A stretch of DNA of 64,000 nucleotides from Octopus sinensis. Taxonomy: Eukaryota. The position numbers and the translations under genes were made by a program. The notes below the pieces were generated by a model, which saw only the letters and a list, made by a program, of their open reading frames with translations, ran no database searches and had not been told where the DNA came from. Every line of letters begins with the position of its first letter. The stretch's first letter is position 1. The stretch is taken from positions 142,042,001-142,106,000 of the forward strand of contig NC_042999.1 in the NCBI RefSeq assembly GCF_006345805.1, written 5' to 3'. Positions 1-13,047 of this stretch are shown here, piece after piece.

Positions 1-141
1 ATTTGCATTACAAAAATTTAAAATTAATATCTTTTACATAAGTCAACTATCGTAAATATCTGCTATCCTACATGTTTTTGGTGACAACGATTTCAGCATT
101 GAAATATTGCGTTTCTAAATCTCTCAGAGATAGCAGCACGA

Positions 142-304
142 TAAAGTGATGTTATGTTGCCAACTTAATGTGGTAGTCCCATGAAAAGGAAGAATGCTAC
201 TGCTATTTAGCCCTAGGAAAAGGTGTTTCCTATGGCCAAATAACAGTAACATTCTTCCCTTTCATGGGACTACCACATTAAGTTGGCAAAATAACATCAC
301 TTTA
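142..304. mobile_element. Palindromic MITE-like hairpin element (79-nt arms, 5-nt loop)
   Basis: 142-220 is the reverse complement of 226-304 with 6 mismatches; ends TAAAGTGATG...CATCACTTTA. Confidence 0.75.
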
Positions 305-429
305 ATTTCAGCATTTTTCATCACAAAATGACCGAAAAACATGTTTATAAAAAAGAGTTGTTTGCTTCACGCTATTCGCGTGCCGATTGTACCCATAAGA
401 AAGAAACAAATAATACAATGTGGATGTAG

Positions 430-466
430 GTTATAACACCCGGGCAACGCCGGAATGCATTGCTAG
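430..466 (+). mobile_element. Helitron-type 3' terminus
   Basis: GC hairpin CCCGGGCAACGCCGG (439-453) about 10 nt upstream of CTAG (463-466), followed by T; same motif at 17274-17300. Confidence 0.6.
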
Positions 467-473
467 TATGTGT

Positions 474-560
<87 letters not shown>

Positions 561-568
561 ATATAATA

Positions 569-623
<55 letters not shown>

Positions 624-671
624 TTATATTCTATATATATATAATATATATATAATATATATTATATATAT

Positions 672-745
<74 letters not shown>

Positions 746-751
746 TATATT

Positions 752-803
<52 letters not shown>

Positions 804-813
804 ATATATAATA

Positions 814-851
<38 letters not shown>

Positions 852-903
852 GATATATAATATATATTTATTCTATATATATATAATATATATATAATAG
901 ATA

Positions 904-945
<42 letters not shown>

Positions 946-990
946 TATATAATATATATATTATATTATATATATCTATATATAATATAT
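467..990. repeat. Imperfect (TA)n microsatellite
   Basis: About 520 bp of near-pure TA dinucleotide. Confidence 0.98.
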
Positions 991-1200
991 AGTTATCCAA
1001 ACTGAAACACACAGAGAAAACACAACAACACGAGGACGTGAACAAATATAGTATTATTGGACGCTCAGGAAAGAAAGGAAGAAAGAAGGTTTTACGTTCC
1101 GAGCGGAGCTCTTCGTCAGAAACATAGGAAAAGGATAGATCCAGAGAAGGGAAGACGGAGGGAAAAAAAATCGCCAACGGTACACACGTAGTCACATTTT
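991..1200 (-). mobile_element. Penelope-like element terminal-repeat fragment
   Basis: Abuts (TA)n, carries a minimal hammerhead motif, same architecture as the 18362-18735 units. Confidence 0.5.
1089..1123 (-). ncRNA. Minimal type I hammerhead ribozyme motif (degenerate, GAAA>GGAA)
   Basis: Minus strand GTTT CTGACGA A GAGC TCC GCTC GGAA CGTA AAAC: stem I GTTT/AAAC, CUGANGA core, stem II GAGC/GCUC, palindromic ACGU in place of stem III. Confidence 0.6.
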
Positions 1201-1335
1201 ATTTTCATTGACATATTTGCATTAAGAAGTTTACTCTGCAATCACGTGGTTTCCATTGTTGTGCTGCCCCTTGGTCATGTGTCTTCAATTATACACCCGG
1301 GTCGACGAAAGACTTGCGAGTAAATTTGGTAGATG

Positions 1336-1337
<2 letters not shown>

Positions 1338-1376
<39 letters not shown>

Positions 1377-1430
1377 ACTCTCTCTCTCTCACTTCTCTCC
1401 CTATCTTTCTCTCTTTCTCTTTTTCTGTCT
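1338..1430. repeat. (CT)n microsatellite with degenerate flank
   Basis: Direct reading. Confidence 0.9.
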
Positions 1431-2429
1431 CTCTGTTTATTATATCGTTATGATTTCTCGCCTCTATGCTCTTCGACGAAGTCTCTTGTGATATTTGTTC
1501 TGCACCGTGTATAATTACTCTTTGTAATTGTCAATGTCAGAAATACAGTAAATTAGTGATTGTTTCGTTGCCTACCGGTAACAAGCGTCGCTGTTGTTTA
1601 CTAAAGGTGATATAAAATAAACCATACAAGTATTTGTGTGTGTCTGTGTGTGTGTGTGTTAAATGCAAGCTTAATAAATGTCCAAATATTTTGTTATTCA
1701 AAGTGTACAAATAATGATCAAATATTGATGTCTTGATTTCAATCGTACCATTTTAAATTTACCAAAACCATCTTACCTATTGTATTATAAGCAAGGGGAA
1801 AAATGAATGAAAACAATAAAAAATATCTGACATACTTGATGTTTTCTTTTTGTCTTTTTGCAAGCTTGTTTCCGCCATTATATCTTCTGGAATTTTTTAA
1901 TTGCCCAACCATATTGGGTTTCTTCCGGCTCCTCAAAAGTGTTACATTACATTTGTCTGTCGACAATTTCTTTATCATAAAATTCATTTTTAAAAAAATC
2001 TCACTTCACAGTTTTTTCACTGTTACAAACAGCCACAACTAATGAAGAAGTCTCTGTACAAATAATTCTGAACTTATGATTCCTCTTGACTTTAGGTGAC
2101 ACGTGATGGATTTTTAAAAAATAATCTCGTTGCAATATCATGTTATAAAGATGCTTAACTACAAACATTTATACAAAGACTGTAACATTTGTATACATAT
2201 GAAGCTCCAATAATAAGTTTATTAAAGAAACTAAAATTTCGATACGCCGGCTAAAAACCTTCTACATTACTGTTTTACATACTTGTTCAACCAGCGAGAA
2301 ATAGCAACCAAATGGCCCTCAAAACAAGCCTTGGTCTTAAATATATTAATTCTTAAGTAAGACATGATTATGGTTGAAACGCTTTTGAATACAGGTCTGC
2401 TGGTAGAGATGCATAATTTCCAATTCAGC

Positions 2430-3620
2430 TAGGGCTGCCAACCGAAAATTTTAAAAAGCATTATTTCGATAGTTAAAAAGCACTAAAAAGTACTAAATAA
2501 AAGTGAAAAGTACAAAAAAAAAAAAAAACCCCAAAAACTAAGCAAAAAAAATCATGGAAATAGACGTAAACATCAAAGTATCTATATTAAAAATGTCAAT
2601 TCTAGTTAAATTAAATTGAAATTAACATAATTACTTTTATTTTTTAACTCCATAATATTTTTGAAGATATCCGAATCAATTTCTTTTTATGTAGAAGCTG
2701 AAGTTTCACATGATTTATAAGTACCCATGGATCCAGTTTTCCTTAACAGTTTGCTAGGTATTTTATAATCATAACCACACTTAGGGCTTCATTTTAAGTC
2801 TATATTTGATACTCAAAACTTCTCTTAGTGTTTCTATGCTTAGACAATTACGCTCATTTGGCTGAATATTATCCTCGTTAGCATATGTTTGTGAAATGAG
2901 AAGTGTTAAAGCAGACAAATGTTGAAACAGATTTCCTGCTGTCGAATCCCTATACAATCCATACCTTAATCCAGATAAAAACTATTTGAAGCCTGTGTCC
3001 ATCGGACATTAACAATTGTTTTTCAATAAAAATCAATTTTTGTCAGAAACTCTAAATCTTCATTAAAATGTTTTTCAAGGTCTATAATTCCAGGCTTTAT
3101 TGGTTTGAGATATTCTGCTACAGTAAAATAACCCATTGATTATAAAGGACGAAAAATATCTGGAAGATACTGTTTAATTTGCTCCGAAACGTTTTCAACA
3201 AATTTTATGCATCAGCCTCTTATTCTCTTCGAGCTCAGTAAATCTGTACTCAAACCAAGCAATGGCTTCGGATTTAAATACCCCCCCCACTGAATCATTT
3301 TCAATTACTTTCTTTCTGACATTTTAATTATTGAACAGGTTGAATTAATGAACTGCTGAAGATCCTTAAATAATTTAGTGGGATCTTGTGTTTCTGCTTC
3401 AATTTTTTGTTAACTCTTTGAACATCAGAAATTATTTGCTTTAAAAAGAGCAGAAAAAACGTAATTCTTCTTGCCACAAATTGTTCCTGCTTGAATTATG
3501 GACATAAAATTCTGGTTATGATAAAAAAAAAAGACAAATTAAAAAAACACTGAAATTGTGTTGAAAGTTAACGGATTTTCAACTAAATTTAGTACGAAAA
3601 GCACTAAATGGACAATCCTG
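2430..3620 (-). mobile_element. Degenerate hAT DNA transposon (C-terminal dimerisation-domain remnant)
   Basis: TIR-like ends TAGGGCTGCCAACC / ATGGACAATCCTG; 8-bp TSD AATTCAGC (2422-2429) / AGTTCAGC (3621-3628); minus-strand peptides YRDSTAGNLFQHLSAL, IFSQM, RNCLSIETLREVLSIKYRLK with frameshifts. Confidence 0.75.
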
Positions 3621-3690
3621 AGTTCAGCCTGGCGTTAATCAGTATCAACTAAATATGTATCAATACATAATTAAATGTGCCGCGATAGTT

Positions 3691-3694
<4 letters not shown>

Positions 3695-3766
<72 letters not shown>
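3695..3766. repeat. Compound (CT)n(CA)n microsatellite
   Basis: Direct reading. Confidence 0.95.
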
Positions 3767-3769
<3 letters not shown>

Positions 3770-4948
3770 GTTAAACACATCTGTATACTTTCAATTTACA
3801 TAACATACAAGAGTACGTCACGACAGATATATTATAGGACGAAGCCAACGAGGGTGTCTCTACAAAGTCGCTCGATCTGCCAGAAATAGCAACATAAGCT
3901 TCCTTAGAGCACATCGCACCATTTTCTCATAAAAGAAAAAAATGGACTAGTATTTTATCGATCCCAGAAGGACTCGGCTGGATTTGAAACCAAAATGCAG
4001 GGTGCCAGAATAAATACCACAAAGACTATCGCTCAACGGTGTAAAAACTTTGCCAATTCACCGACTTTCCGCTGACTGTGAACCTATATTTTATGTCTGC
4101 TTGAGTAGACGTAATAAAAATTATCATCATTATGGACAATAATGAATAAATACCATTCCACAAATATCGAGGAAGAGGAACAGTCGATAAAATCAACCTT
4201 AGTATTTGACTGCTATTTATTTTATTGGCCTCACAAACATCAAAAGGTAAAGTAATCCCGGAAAGTGATGTAACTAAATACTCATACTTTTTAACTTTGG
4301 TGTAGATTCATCTGCTATTTTAATGATAATATTCATTAGTCCCGATTGACTGTTGGTTTATTCTTCCTTAGTCTCATCACTCTATATTACCTCCTCTTCC
4401 TTCTTCACTTTATTACCTCCTCCTGCTTCCATTTTTTAAAATCTTCTCTTCCCTCTATACTTTACTTCCTTTTTCTTCCACTATCTCCTCTTCCCTCTAC
4501 TTTTTGCCTCCCTTTCCCTTAACTTTTTAGCGCCCCTTCCTACCACTCTACACTTTCTTTTCCTCCCACTTATTACCGCCTCTTGCTTCCACTTTTTACC
4601 TCCTCCTCCATCCACAAAACATCCTCTTTAATATTGATATATATCTACATTGCTCTATCTAGTTGTCTTCTGTTACCACGGTGAGATCAAATTCCCTTCT
4701 GCTTGAATATCAGCACCAAACAAGTACCGGCACTAAACCAGTATAGATTACATTTGCACGTTACCCTACAGTATCAGCTCTCCGCTCTGTTACTAAGGAG
4801 ATTACATACTTTCAAGAGAACATACACACACAGCGGTATAACCCAACAGAGAACAATACACACATATACAAGATCTGAGCATAAATATGATTGCAAATTT
4901 AGAGCACATAAAATGAACGTAATCTTTTAGACACAGATTAGAAAACGT

Positions 4949-5012
<64 letters not shown>

Positions 5013-6009
5013 ATACATACAAAGACACACACACAGACAGACAGACAGACACACACACACACACACACAGTCACCCACAAGAACATGTATGTAGCTAAAG
5101 CGTGTATATATATCTGTGTGTGTATGTGTGTGCGTATGTGTGTGTGTGTAAATAAATAAGTTGGAAGCAGCAGCTATTCTTTGAGGAATATAGTTTTAAA
5201 ATGTCACTGTAGTACGCGCCGTAGAGCTGCCGGCATGGCAAGATCATATATACAATTTCGATTCTCCATTAATTCAGTTTGGTGAAACGACTAATACCTT
5301 TAACTTGCAATGAATTCATAACAATGATTCCTCACACTGGAACAGGGTCAAACATTTTCAAGAAGTATTTTTGTTGATTTAACTGACCACTTGACAAAAA
5401 ACTTATTCCATCGATGCTTGAAAGACAAATTAAACTGTTGGAATTTGAACTCAGAAGCCTTAACAAATCACCACAACCTACCAAATTTGTCATCTGCAAG
5501 CATATATGTCATGCTTCCTCTTTCCCAACCTTAAAAAAATGTAACCCTTTGTATTTGTTTTTAATAAAAAGTAGATCACTTTTAAATAATTTACAATCAA
5601 GCCTTTACAATCTATTGATTATATTTTTCTTGTATCATTTAACCTTTAAACGGTGGACATCACCAATTGATGCTTCATTAAAGAACACCGGACATCATCA
5701 ATTGATATTTAAAAATTTTTACATGAATACGCCATCATCAAACGAAAGAGAATATTTTACAGCACTTTTCGATAAATAAGTTGTAAATTTTATTGTGTAA
5801 GAGACTACCAATTATTGTTTTTGCATTTGCTTAAAGTGAAAATAATAAAAATTACAATTAGGAAAAAGAGATATTTTTTTTACTTTTGCCTGTTTGGCAC
5901 ACACATTCATTCAACCCTTTCCCGTCGTTTAAGGGTTAAACTGTACAAAAACAATCAATGTTTTGTCCACATTTTTAGTGTGCTTCCATCGTTTAATTAC
6001 CATTTGGTG

Positions 6010-7034
6010 TAGCTTGTTTCAAAACAACAGCCGGGATAAGTTTCGTACCGTCAGCCATAACAAGCCAAAATTGCGGTGGAGTGGACCTTGTCACCCCACG
6101 TAATTTTTACCGAAATTGTATTTTTCCCTTTAACGTCGACTGTCCGAGTTCCAGTCGTATCGAAAAAAAAAGGGGTATCTCGTCGATATTACCGATTGCT
6201 TCCAAGGCAAACCCGTGGCTCTTTCGTAGGTTTATTACATACCGATAAAAGGGATCAACTTTGCTCTCTACGTTGGCGGATAATTTCTGAGCGATATGTG
6301 TCCTCTGTTTCAGTGTAAGATTGTCGGATTTCATAAACCCCATACACAAGCCAAGGGATGCTTTAAAGTCGGATATACCATTTTCTTTAGACGCTTGGAG
6401 AGCCCGCAGTTTAATGAGGTTTCTCGTGACGACAAGTCCATTCTTGCGTAGTTCAGTTACCCAGTCTCTCAAAATAGTCGCCATCTCCTAATTGGGACTC
6501 ATTCCTTTCCTAATTTTCTTTAACGATTTGATGTCAACGGATTTCATTTTCTCCTCTTTCAAACGCAAATCTCTGACCATTTTCTCTGAGACCCCAAATT
6601 CTCTTTCCGCAGCTCGACTCGAATGCAAATTCGCGTATTCAACAACTTCAGCTTGAAAGTGATATCATACGAATTCCTCTTTCTCTTCATGTTAACGAAT
6701 AACATGGCGTCTAATTAAAGAAAGACAGGTACCGCACAAAAACAAACAAGCATTTAACTCACTTTTCTAAAATTGATTGTTTATATCATACTAATAGAAG
6801 TAAAAAAAAAAATATAAAGAAATATCTAAAGGTCGTTTTCCGTGTACTTCTCGGCTTTGGAATTAGCAATTCGGGTTTTTTTTCAGTTATTTCAAGTGTC
6901 GGAACTTCAGACGTGGCTTGTACCTAGAAAATACCTGAAGATCTTATTGTAGGATACGCTTAAAAGTCGCACTCACAACTTTAGGTGAAAATTTGAGGGA
7001 AAAAAGTGCGACTTATAGCCGAGTATTTATGATA
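6010..7034 (-). mobile_element. pogo/Tigger-family transposon, 5' half (CENP-B-type HTH plus start of DDE), pseudogenised
   Basis: ATG at 6690: MKRKRNSYDITFK; ORF 6107-6484 LRDWVTELRKNGLVVTRNLIKLRAL...IGNIDEIPLFF; MADGTKL motif near 6040; TIR-like GCGACTTATAG near 7008-7030. Confidence 0.8.
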
Positions 7035-7225
7035 ACACACATCTGGAAACCTGTGAAAACTTTGCTAACGCTAAGTCTCACATTCTATGACAATCTTTCA
7101 TAGCAAACACACATGCAATAGAGCCAAGACTACACCCCAAAGACTAGGTTTTCTTTAGGACCAGAAAATGCTAAAGCATTTAAGAGTTTTTCCCATCGTC
7201 AAGGCATAAATATAACCTACCGTAG

Positions 7226-7616
7226 TGGAGGCGCAATGGCCCAGTGGTTAGGGCAGCGGACTCGCGGTCATAGGATCGCGGTTTCGATTCCCAGACCGGG
7301 CGTTGTGAGTGTTTATTGAGCGAAATCACCTAAAGCTCCACGAGGCTCCGGCAGGAGATGGTGGTGATCCCTGCTGTACTCTTTCACCACAACTTTCTCT
7401 CACTCTTACTTCCTGTTTCTGTTGTACCTGTATTTCAAAGGGCCGGCCTTGTCACTCTCTGTGTCACGCTGAATATCCCCGAGAACTACGTTAAGGGTAC
7501 ACGTGTCTGTGGAGTGCTCAGCCACTTACACGTTAATTTCACGAGCAGGCTGTTCCGTTGATTTGGATCAACCGGAACCCTCGTCGTCGTAACCGACGGA
7601 GTGCTTCCATCCATCC
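7226..7616 (+). mobile_element. Full-length tRNA-derived SINE (type C here; possibly an octopus OR family)
   Basis: A box TGGCCCAGTGG, B box GTTTCGATTCC, (CCAT)n tail, 14-bp TSD ATAACCTACC(G/T)TAG at 7212-7225 and 7617-7630. Confidence 0.9.
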
Positions 7617-10600
7617 ATAACCTACCTTAGAGTAATGTTCACAAATCTGGAATAAAGTAGATGTTATTGCTACATTTTAGATTATACCTAAAAATAAAAG
7701 TTATGTGATTACTAAACTTTCACTCATCATACTACAAACATTGTCCACGTGCTATTTCTCTTCTTTTACCGTTACTAAAACTGTTCCAGCAAGATACCTT
7801 CCGCTATGATCTTGTTACTCCCATCTTCCTCATCCACACTATACCAACTTTCAAACTTTGTACCAAATATTTCACTCGTGTTTTATTCATTAGAACTGGA
7901 ATTCTCTTGAATTCTCTATCAGCTCATATTTTCCCTACATTCATCAACCTGCAGATGTTCAAGTTAAAGATCAACTACATTCACCTCACCAGTGTGAAAT
8001 CTATAAAAGCAGTGAGTACTGACTTTCTCAGATTGTCCTATCTACCAAACATGTTAAAGCAGATTATTTGTATCCAAGCAATAATTATCTTCTGTATCGT
8101 CCGACGAGATTTAGCAGATTAAGACGCCTCCAGCTATTCAATCGTTCTCCTACCACCTTATCTGGCTGTTCATAACAACTAGTCTATAAGCATACATTTT
8201 TATCTATTTATGTTTATTTAAATTCGATGGTTTCAGTGCAGATAGATAATATTGAGACAAAATGGCCAAATGGTAAAGTATCTGATGGTCAGCTCAGTTG
8301 GGATCTTTTCCATTACTGAGTAGGGTAATTGTCTTTAGCTTAGGAGGACGAATAAAATTACCGTCCATAACTTTCTCGTGTATGTTTCTGATATTCATTT
8401 AACGTTAAAAGAAATCGAAGTACAAGCACTTATTGTCTATTGTGCTTCATGGATGGATTAACTTAATATCTTCTAACAGAGCTCTTTATCCCTTATATAT
8501 AAAATCTACAAGAACTGATAGAATGTCGATATCCAAGCGAAGAGTTCATAGTCTGTATATCATTACTAATACTTTGTTCTGTCTACGGTCAAGACTCACA
8601 AATCTCGTTTATAATTTATAAATAGAAAATCTAAAGTTTGAAGTGCTTATGAACGCAGTGCTTGCAGAAATGTTAATGGTTTACTGCATTAAGGTTCATT
8701 CTAAGCAGAAACCCATCGGTCCAAATTTCATCGTTACGGAGTTAACAAAATATAAATCAGTTAAATACTAGGATCGAATCAACGAACCAAATCCTCTCTT
8801 CTACAAAAAGGAACTTAGTGTCAACCTACTTGAAGTTTTATGGATATTTAAATAGTGATTGAGATTGCTTTAATGTTGCAAAAACGTTTGGAAAGCAATT
8901 TACATTCCTTTCATAATAGGGTCTACGTCAAGAATGCTGCTCCATAGTCGTTTTGGTGCCAAAGTCAGAATTCTGAAATAGATAACGAATATGATAAAAA
9001 GATATACAAGCATTTATCTTTTTCATTCGTGTGATAATTAGTCAATTGTTTGGACATTTTGTGATTATAGGCAGGTATCAAATAAACTTTTCATAGAAAG
9101 TGGGGTGAATTGATCTAATGTAGAATAAAATGTGTTGACGTGAAAAAGTACAAGATTTTCGAGGCAGATTTGACTTCTTGAGCCATGAACAAAGTAACTT
9201 CATTTCTACGCTAGAATAGTGCTTGAAATGCTTCAGATATTTGCCAACAAATAGATCAAAATGTCTGGTGCTTATATCCTTCCTATGTCAATTTAATATC
9301 TACAGGTACGATAAAATAGATAAAATGTTGGCAAAAGAAATTCGGCTTGAATTTAGGACGTCGAACTCGCATAATGTTTATCTTAGTCGTTTGGTAGGTT
9401 ACAATCTGAAGTTCCAGTACAACCTGGGGAGTCTTAATGCAAGAAAATCTTTAGTGATGGGTTGGTGGTGCATCCAAGACATATCATTACTCTCAACGGT
9501 TTAACACTTCGAAAAAAAAAGACAAGAAAAAGAAAACGCTCAGCTCTATGAACCATCTTATAACATTGTATACTAGGCATTAGTTACAAAGGCACATAAC
9601 CTCATATTTAAAGAAGACTGTAAAATTGTTGGATGTTCATCTGGCAGTATTTGTAAAATGAATTACTTTCAACAAAGAAGTGAAATCAAGCCGAAAACTT
9701 GACTTCTCTGGACTCACCACAATGATAATAATTCTTACTTAGCAAAGCATAAAACTTTGTTCTTTTCTCTCTTTTTTTTCTTTTGATTTTTATTAAGAAA
9801 AAAAAAAGGAAATGTGAAACATGTAAATACGCGAGTCTTGCGTATGTAACATACTAGAATGAAAAAACTTCGATTAACTGAAATATCTTTGCAATTAGTA
9901 GACGAAATCTCAGTCTAAAGGTATTTAAACGTCATAAAACAGCAAACAAGAGATGTAACTCCAATAGAGTCAACTGAAAGTTTGGAAAAAATAGAAAATA
10001 CAGTACAGGAGTGGATTCTTCTTTATAAAACAAAAAATGACCTCGTTGCTATCACCAGTTGGGGTAAAAGCAAGGTGTAACTACAGGCTGCTGCTCCTCG
10101 AGTTTGTTTCCTTATAATAAGCATGTTTTTAAATGACATTTTCAGAGGTACATTTTCTCAGTGTAGATTATGCAATATTGATGTTTCAAACAAATATATC
10201 TGAAAAGAAGTGTGTGTGTGGGAGAGGGCGGATGCTAAAAATACAGAAATTAGTGGTAGCAAAGTCGAAACGAGTGAGAAGAGAGAATGATACGAAATAT
10301 ATCTCTACAAATTTTCTTTAAAGAATATACATTTTTCAAATAGTTATGAGGAAACAAAGTCGGTGAAGGCAGATTAGATCAAGTTTTATATTGCATTTTC
10401 TAAGTTTTATTTTATAAGAATTACCATCCTTCCTACGTTTCTTTTAAATGTATACACCATACGAGGGAGATTTTGTTCACTAATTGCAAATATAATCTCA
10501 CTTAATCGAAGTATTTCAGTTAACTGCATTACATATGTGAGACCCTACTCTGCGCTTAATACGCAGAACACTCTCCCCTGGTTTTATTCATCAGCCATAA

Positions 10601-10660
10601 TTGTTCTTATCAAAACATGTGATGATATCTTTAGTTCTCCAATGAATATTAGTAAATTAG

Positions 10661-10872
10661 TGATTTCAAATTTTGGCACATGGTTAGTAATTTCGGGAAG
10701 TTGGTAAATCGATTACATGGACTCCAGTGTTCAACCGGTTCTTATGTTATCGATACCGAAAAGGATGAAAGGCAAATCGACCTCTGCGGCATTTGAACTC
10801 TGGACATAAAGACGGACGAAATGCCGCTAAACATTTTGCAGGCGTGCTAACGATTCTACGAGTTCGCCGCCT
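10661..10872 (-). mobile_element. tRNA-derived SINE with Deu/Nin-like central domain (type B)
   Basis: Minus strand AGGCGGCGAAC head, GTTCAAATGCC B box, GTCGATTTGCCTTTCATCC domain. Confidence 0.8.
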
Positions 10873-11599
10873 TAATATTCATAAATTGTTGTCGTGGGAA
10901 TAGACTTCTTTCGGGATTCGAAACCAGAACGTAGATGTAATTCTCAACTGATTTACTACCACCTCGTGGCTCTCACCACAAGACCGAGTCACATGATGCA
11001 TAAAATTAACAACGACACAAAACAAACTGATATATTATCATAACTCCCTAAAACAAACAGTAACACGATATAGCTATCTTCCTTCCTCACTAGGTGCAAG
11101 ATAAATAGTTTTATTTCACTTTTCATATAAATAACTGCATCTTCTATTTCACTGCCGACCATTAACAGCGAGCTTTACCAATAGTTTCTCAATTACCAGC
11201 CTTAACATCCCCACCAACAATACCACCACCACCACCACCACCACCACCACCACCACCGGCAACAGCCCGACCAACGATACTACAAGAAACAACAAAAACA
11301 CCATCAAAACCATCATCAATACCAAAACAATCACTTTAAACACCATTAATACTAACAGGAAACTACTTCGTCGAAATCTGCAAGAAATATTAACCAAATT
11401 TCCTTGAAAATACATCCTCTCGTATCAACAGAAGATGGGATGGTCTCGGTCGGAACGGTTTCGATTGTTACGCTGTTCCATCAGGACTGATTTTGGCAAA
11501 AATAACAATACCACTCACTATCAGTGACAACAACAACAACAACACCAGCAACAAAGCTATTACGTATCAATTATATATCTTTATATATTATATATATAT

Positions 11600-11647
<48 letters not shown>

Positions 11648-12323
11648 GATTGATTGATTGATTGATTCTAGTTTCAGCTTATGAGCTGTGGCCATGCTGG
11701 GGCACCGCCATTAAAACAGTGGGGCTCGTATATATATATATATATTATATATTATATATATATATATCTTATTCAAAAGCAACCAATAAAGGAAAATAAA
11801 GATTTCAAGAAATATTTCGGTGTTTCGTCAAAGAGGTCTCAACACTCGAGAAGACTGCCTTCAATTAATTTCACTGATTTAGGACAGACACACACACTCT
11901 CTCTCTTTCGTACGCGCATATACACACACAAAACGCGCGCGCGCACACACTAATTAACTCGTAAATAAACGTATTAATACACACATACACATACTCACAC
12001 ACATAACCGCATCATTTCCCAATCCGTTTAGCATCTTCAAAACTGTCACCACTGCACCAATATTGCCATTGTATAGCAATATTAAAACCAACAGATTGGC
12101 AGAAATGCCAGAGTGACGGACAAAGCATCACTTGATATACACACTTACAAAGCATATTATAGTACCAGCGAGAGAGAGGGAGAGAGAGAGAGAGAGGGGG
12201 AGAGACAGAGGGAGAGGGAGAGAGAGACAGACAGACAGAGAATAATTTATGATCGTTACAGCTGGCAGCTTGCATCTGCATATTCGATGTGATGTGTCAC
12301 CTGTCGCAATCACACTCTCATAC

Positions 12324-12354
<31 letters not shown>

Positions 12355-12404
12355 TGTATGTATGTATGTATGTATGTATGTATGTATGTATGTATGTATG
12401 TATG
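12324..12404. repeat. (TATG)n microsatellite
   Basis: Direct reading. Confidence 0.95.
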
Positions 12405-12881
12405 TCTTATGTCAGGTCACTTTCGAGTGTTACTGGTAACATGTAACCCAGTACAACCTGTTGCATAGTCGTGTCGTCGGCGACTAAGCCGGCAACCCCA
12501 CCAAACTTGCTTGGTGAAGAGGGTGTTTATTGGACACCCTGCGGAATGAAAAACAAAACCCGTCAAAGGGCGGAAGAACTCTTGAGAGTCAACGGCCATC
12601 CAATAAATGTCTTAAGGTTGTATCATGCGTGGGGACATAGAAATAATCGGACTGAATACTCGATCGCGCGGTTAAACCGTTGGGAGTGAAGGACTCCTAG
12701 CCTTTGTTAGGGCATCCTTCTAGGAGAAGGTAACTCAGGTAACTGGGATAGCTGCGACATAAAACCTGCGGCTCAGTGGTTACCGATGATGTTGACTTGT
12801 TCTTCTTTTCGGATTATGGCTGCTGTTGCTTAGTGAGTGGGATTGACTCAGTGCACAGCCTTTCCTCACTTTAAAAAAAAA
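12405..12881 (+). mobile_element. Non-autonomous retroposon of uncertain clade
   Basis: GGGCATCCTTCTAGGAGAAGGTAACTC resembles RTE-type 5' UTR motifs; ends in an A-tail at 12873-12881; sits at the edge of a (TATG)n array. Confidence 0.35.
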
Positions 12882-13016
12882 TCTTGCACAGGCATTGCAC
12901 GAAAACAACATTAATTAAGCTTCGGCAGTGGCCATACTCGATAACGAGTATGTATGTATGTATGTATGTATGTATGTATGTATGTATGTATGTATGTATG
13001 TATGTATGTATGTATG

Positions 13017-13046
<30 letters not shown>

Positions 13047-13047
<1 letters not shown>

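Noticed and set aside
470-655. YI/CV/HT/MYVC repeat ORFs throughout the ORF track
   Set aside because: Translations of (TA)n, (TG)n, (CA)n and (TATG)n microsatellites
1836-1885. Minus-strand start exon MAETSLQKDKKKTS with GTATGT donor
   Set aside because: No promoter context and no recognisable protein
4663-4680. 18-nt micro-exon (AG...GTGAGA)
   Set aside because: Splice dinucleotides alone are expected by chance, and no recognisable peptide results
5911-5939. Collapsed piggyBac-like footprint TCAA-CCCTT...AAGGG-TTAA
   Set aside because: Too short (about 21 bp) to distinguish from chance
7226-7300. tRNA gene
   Set aside because: A and B boxes are present, but there is no closing acceptor stem or T-run terminator. 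It continues into a SINE body with a TSD.
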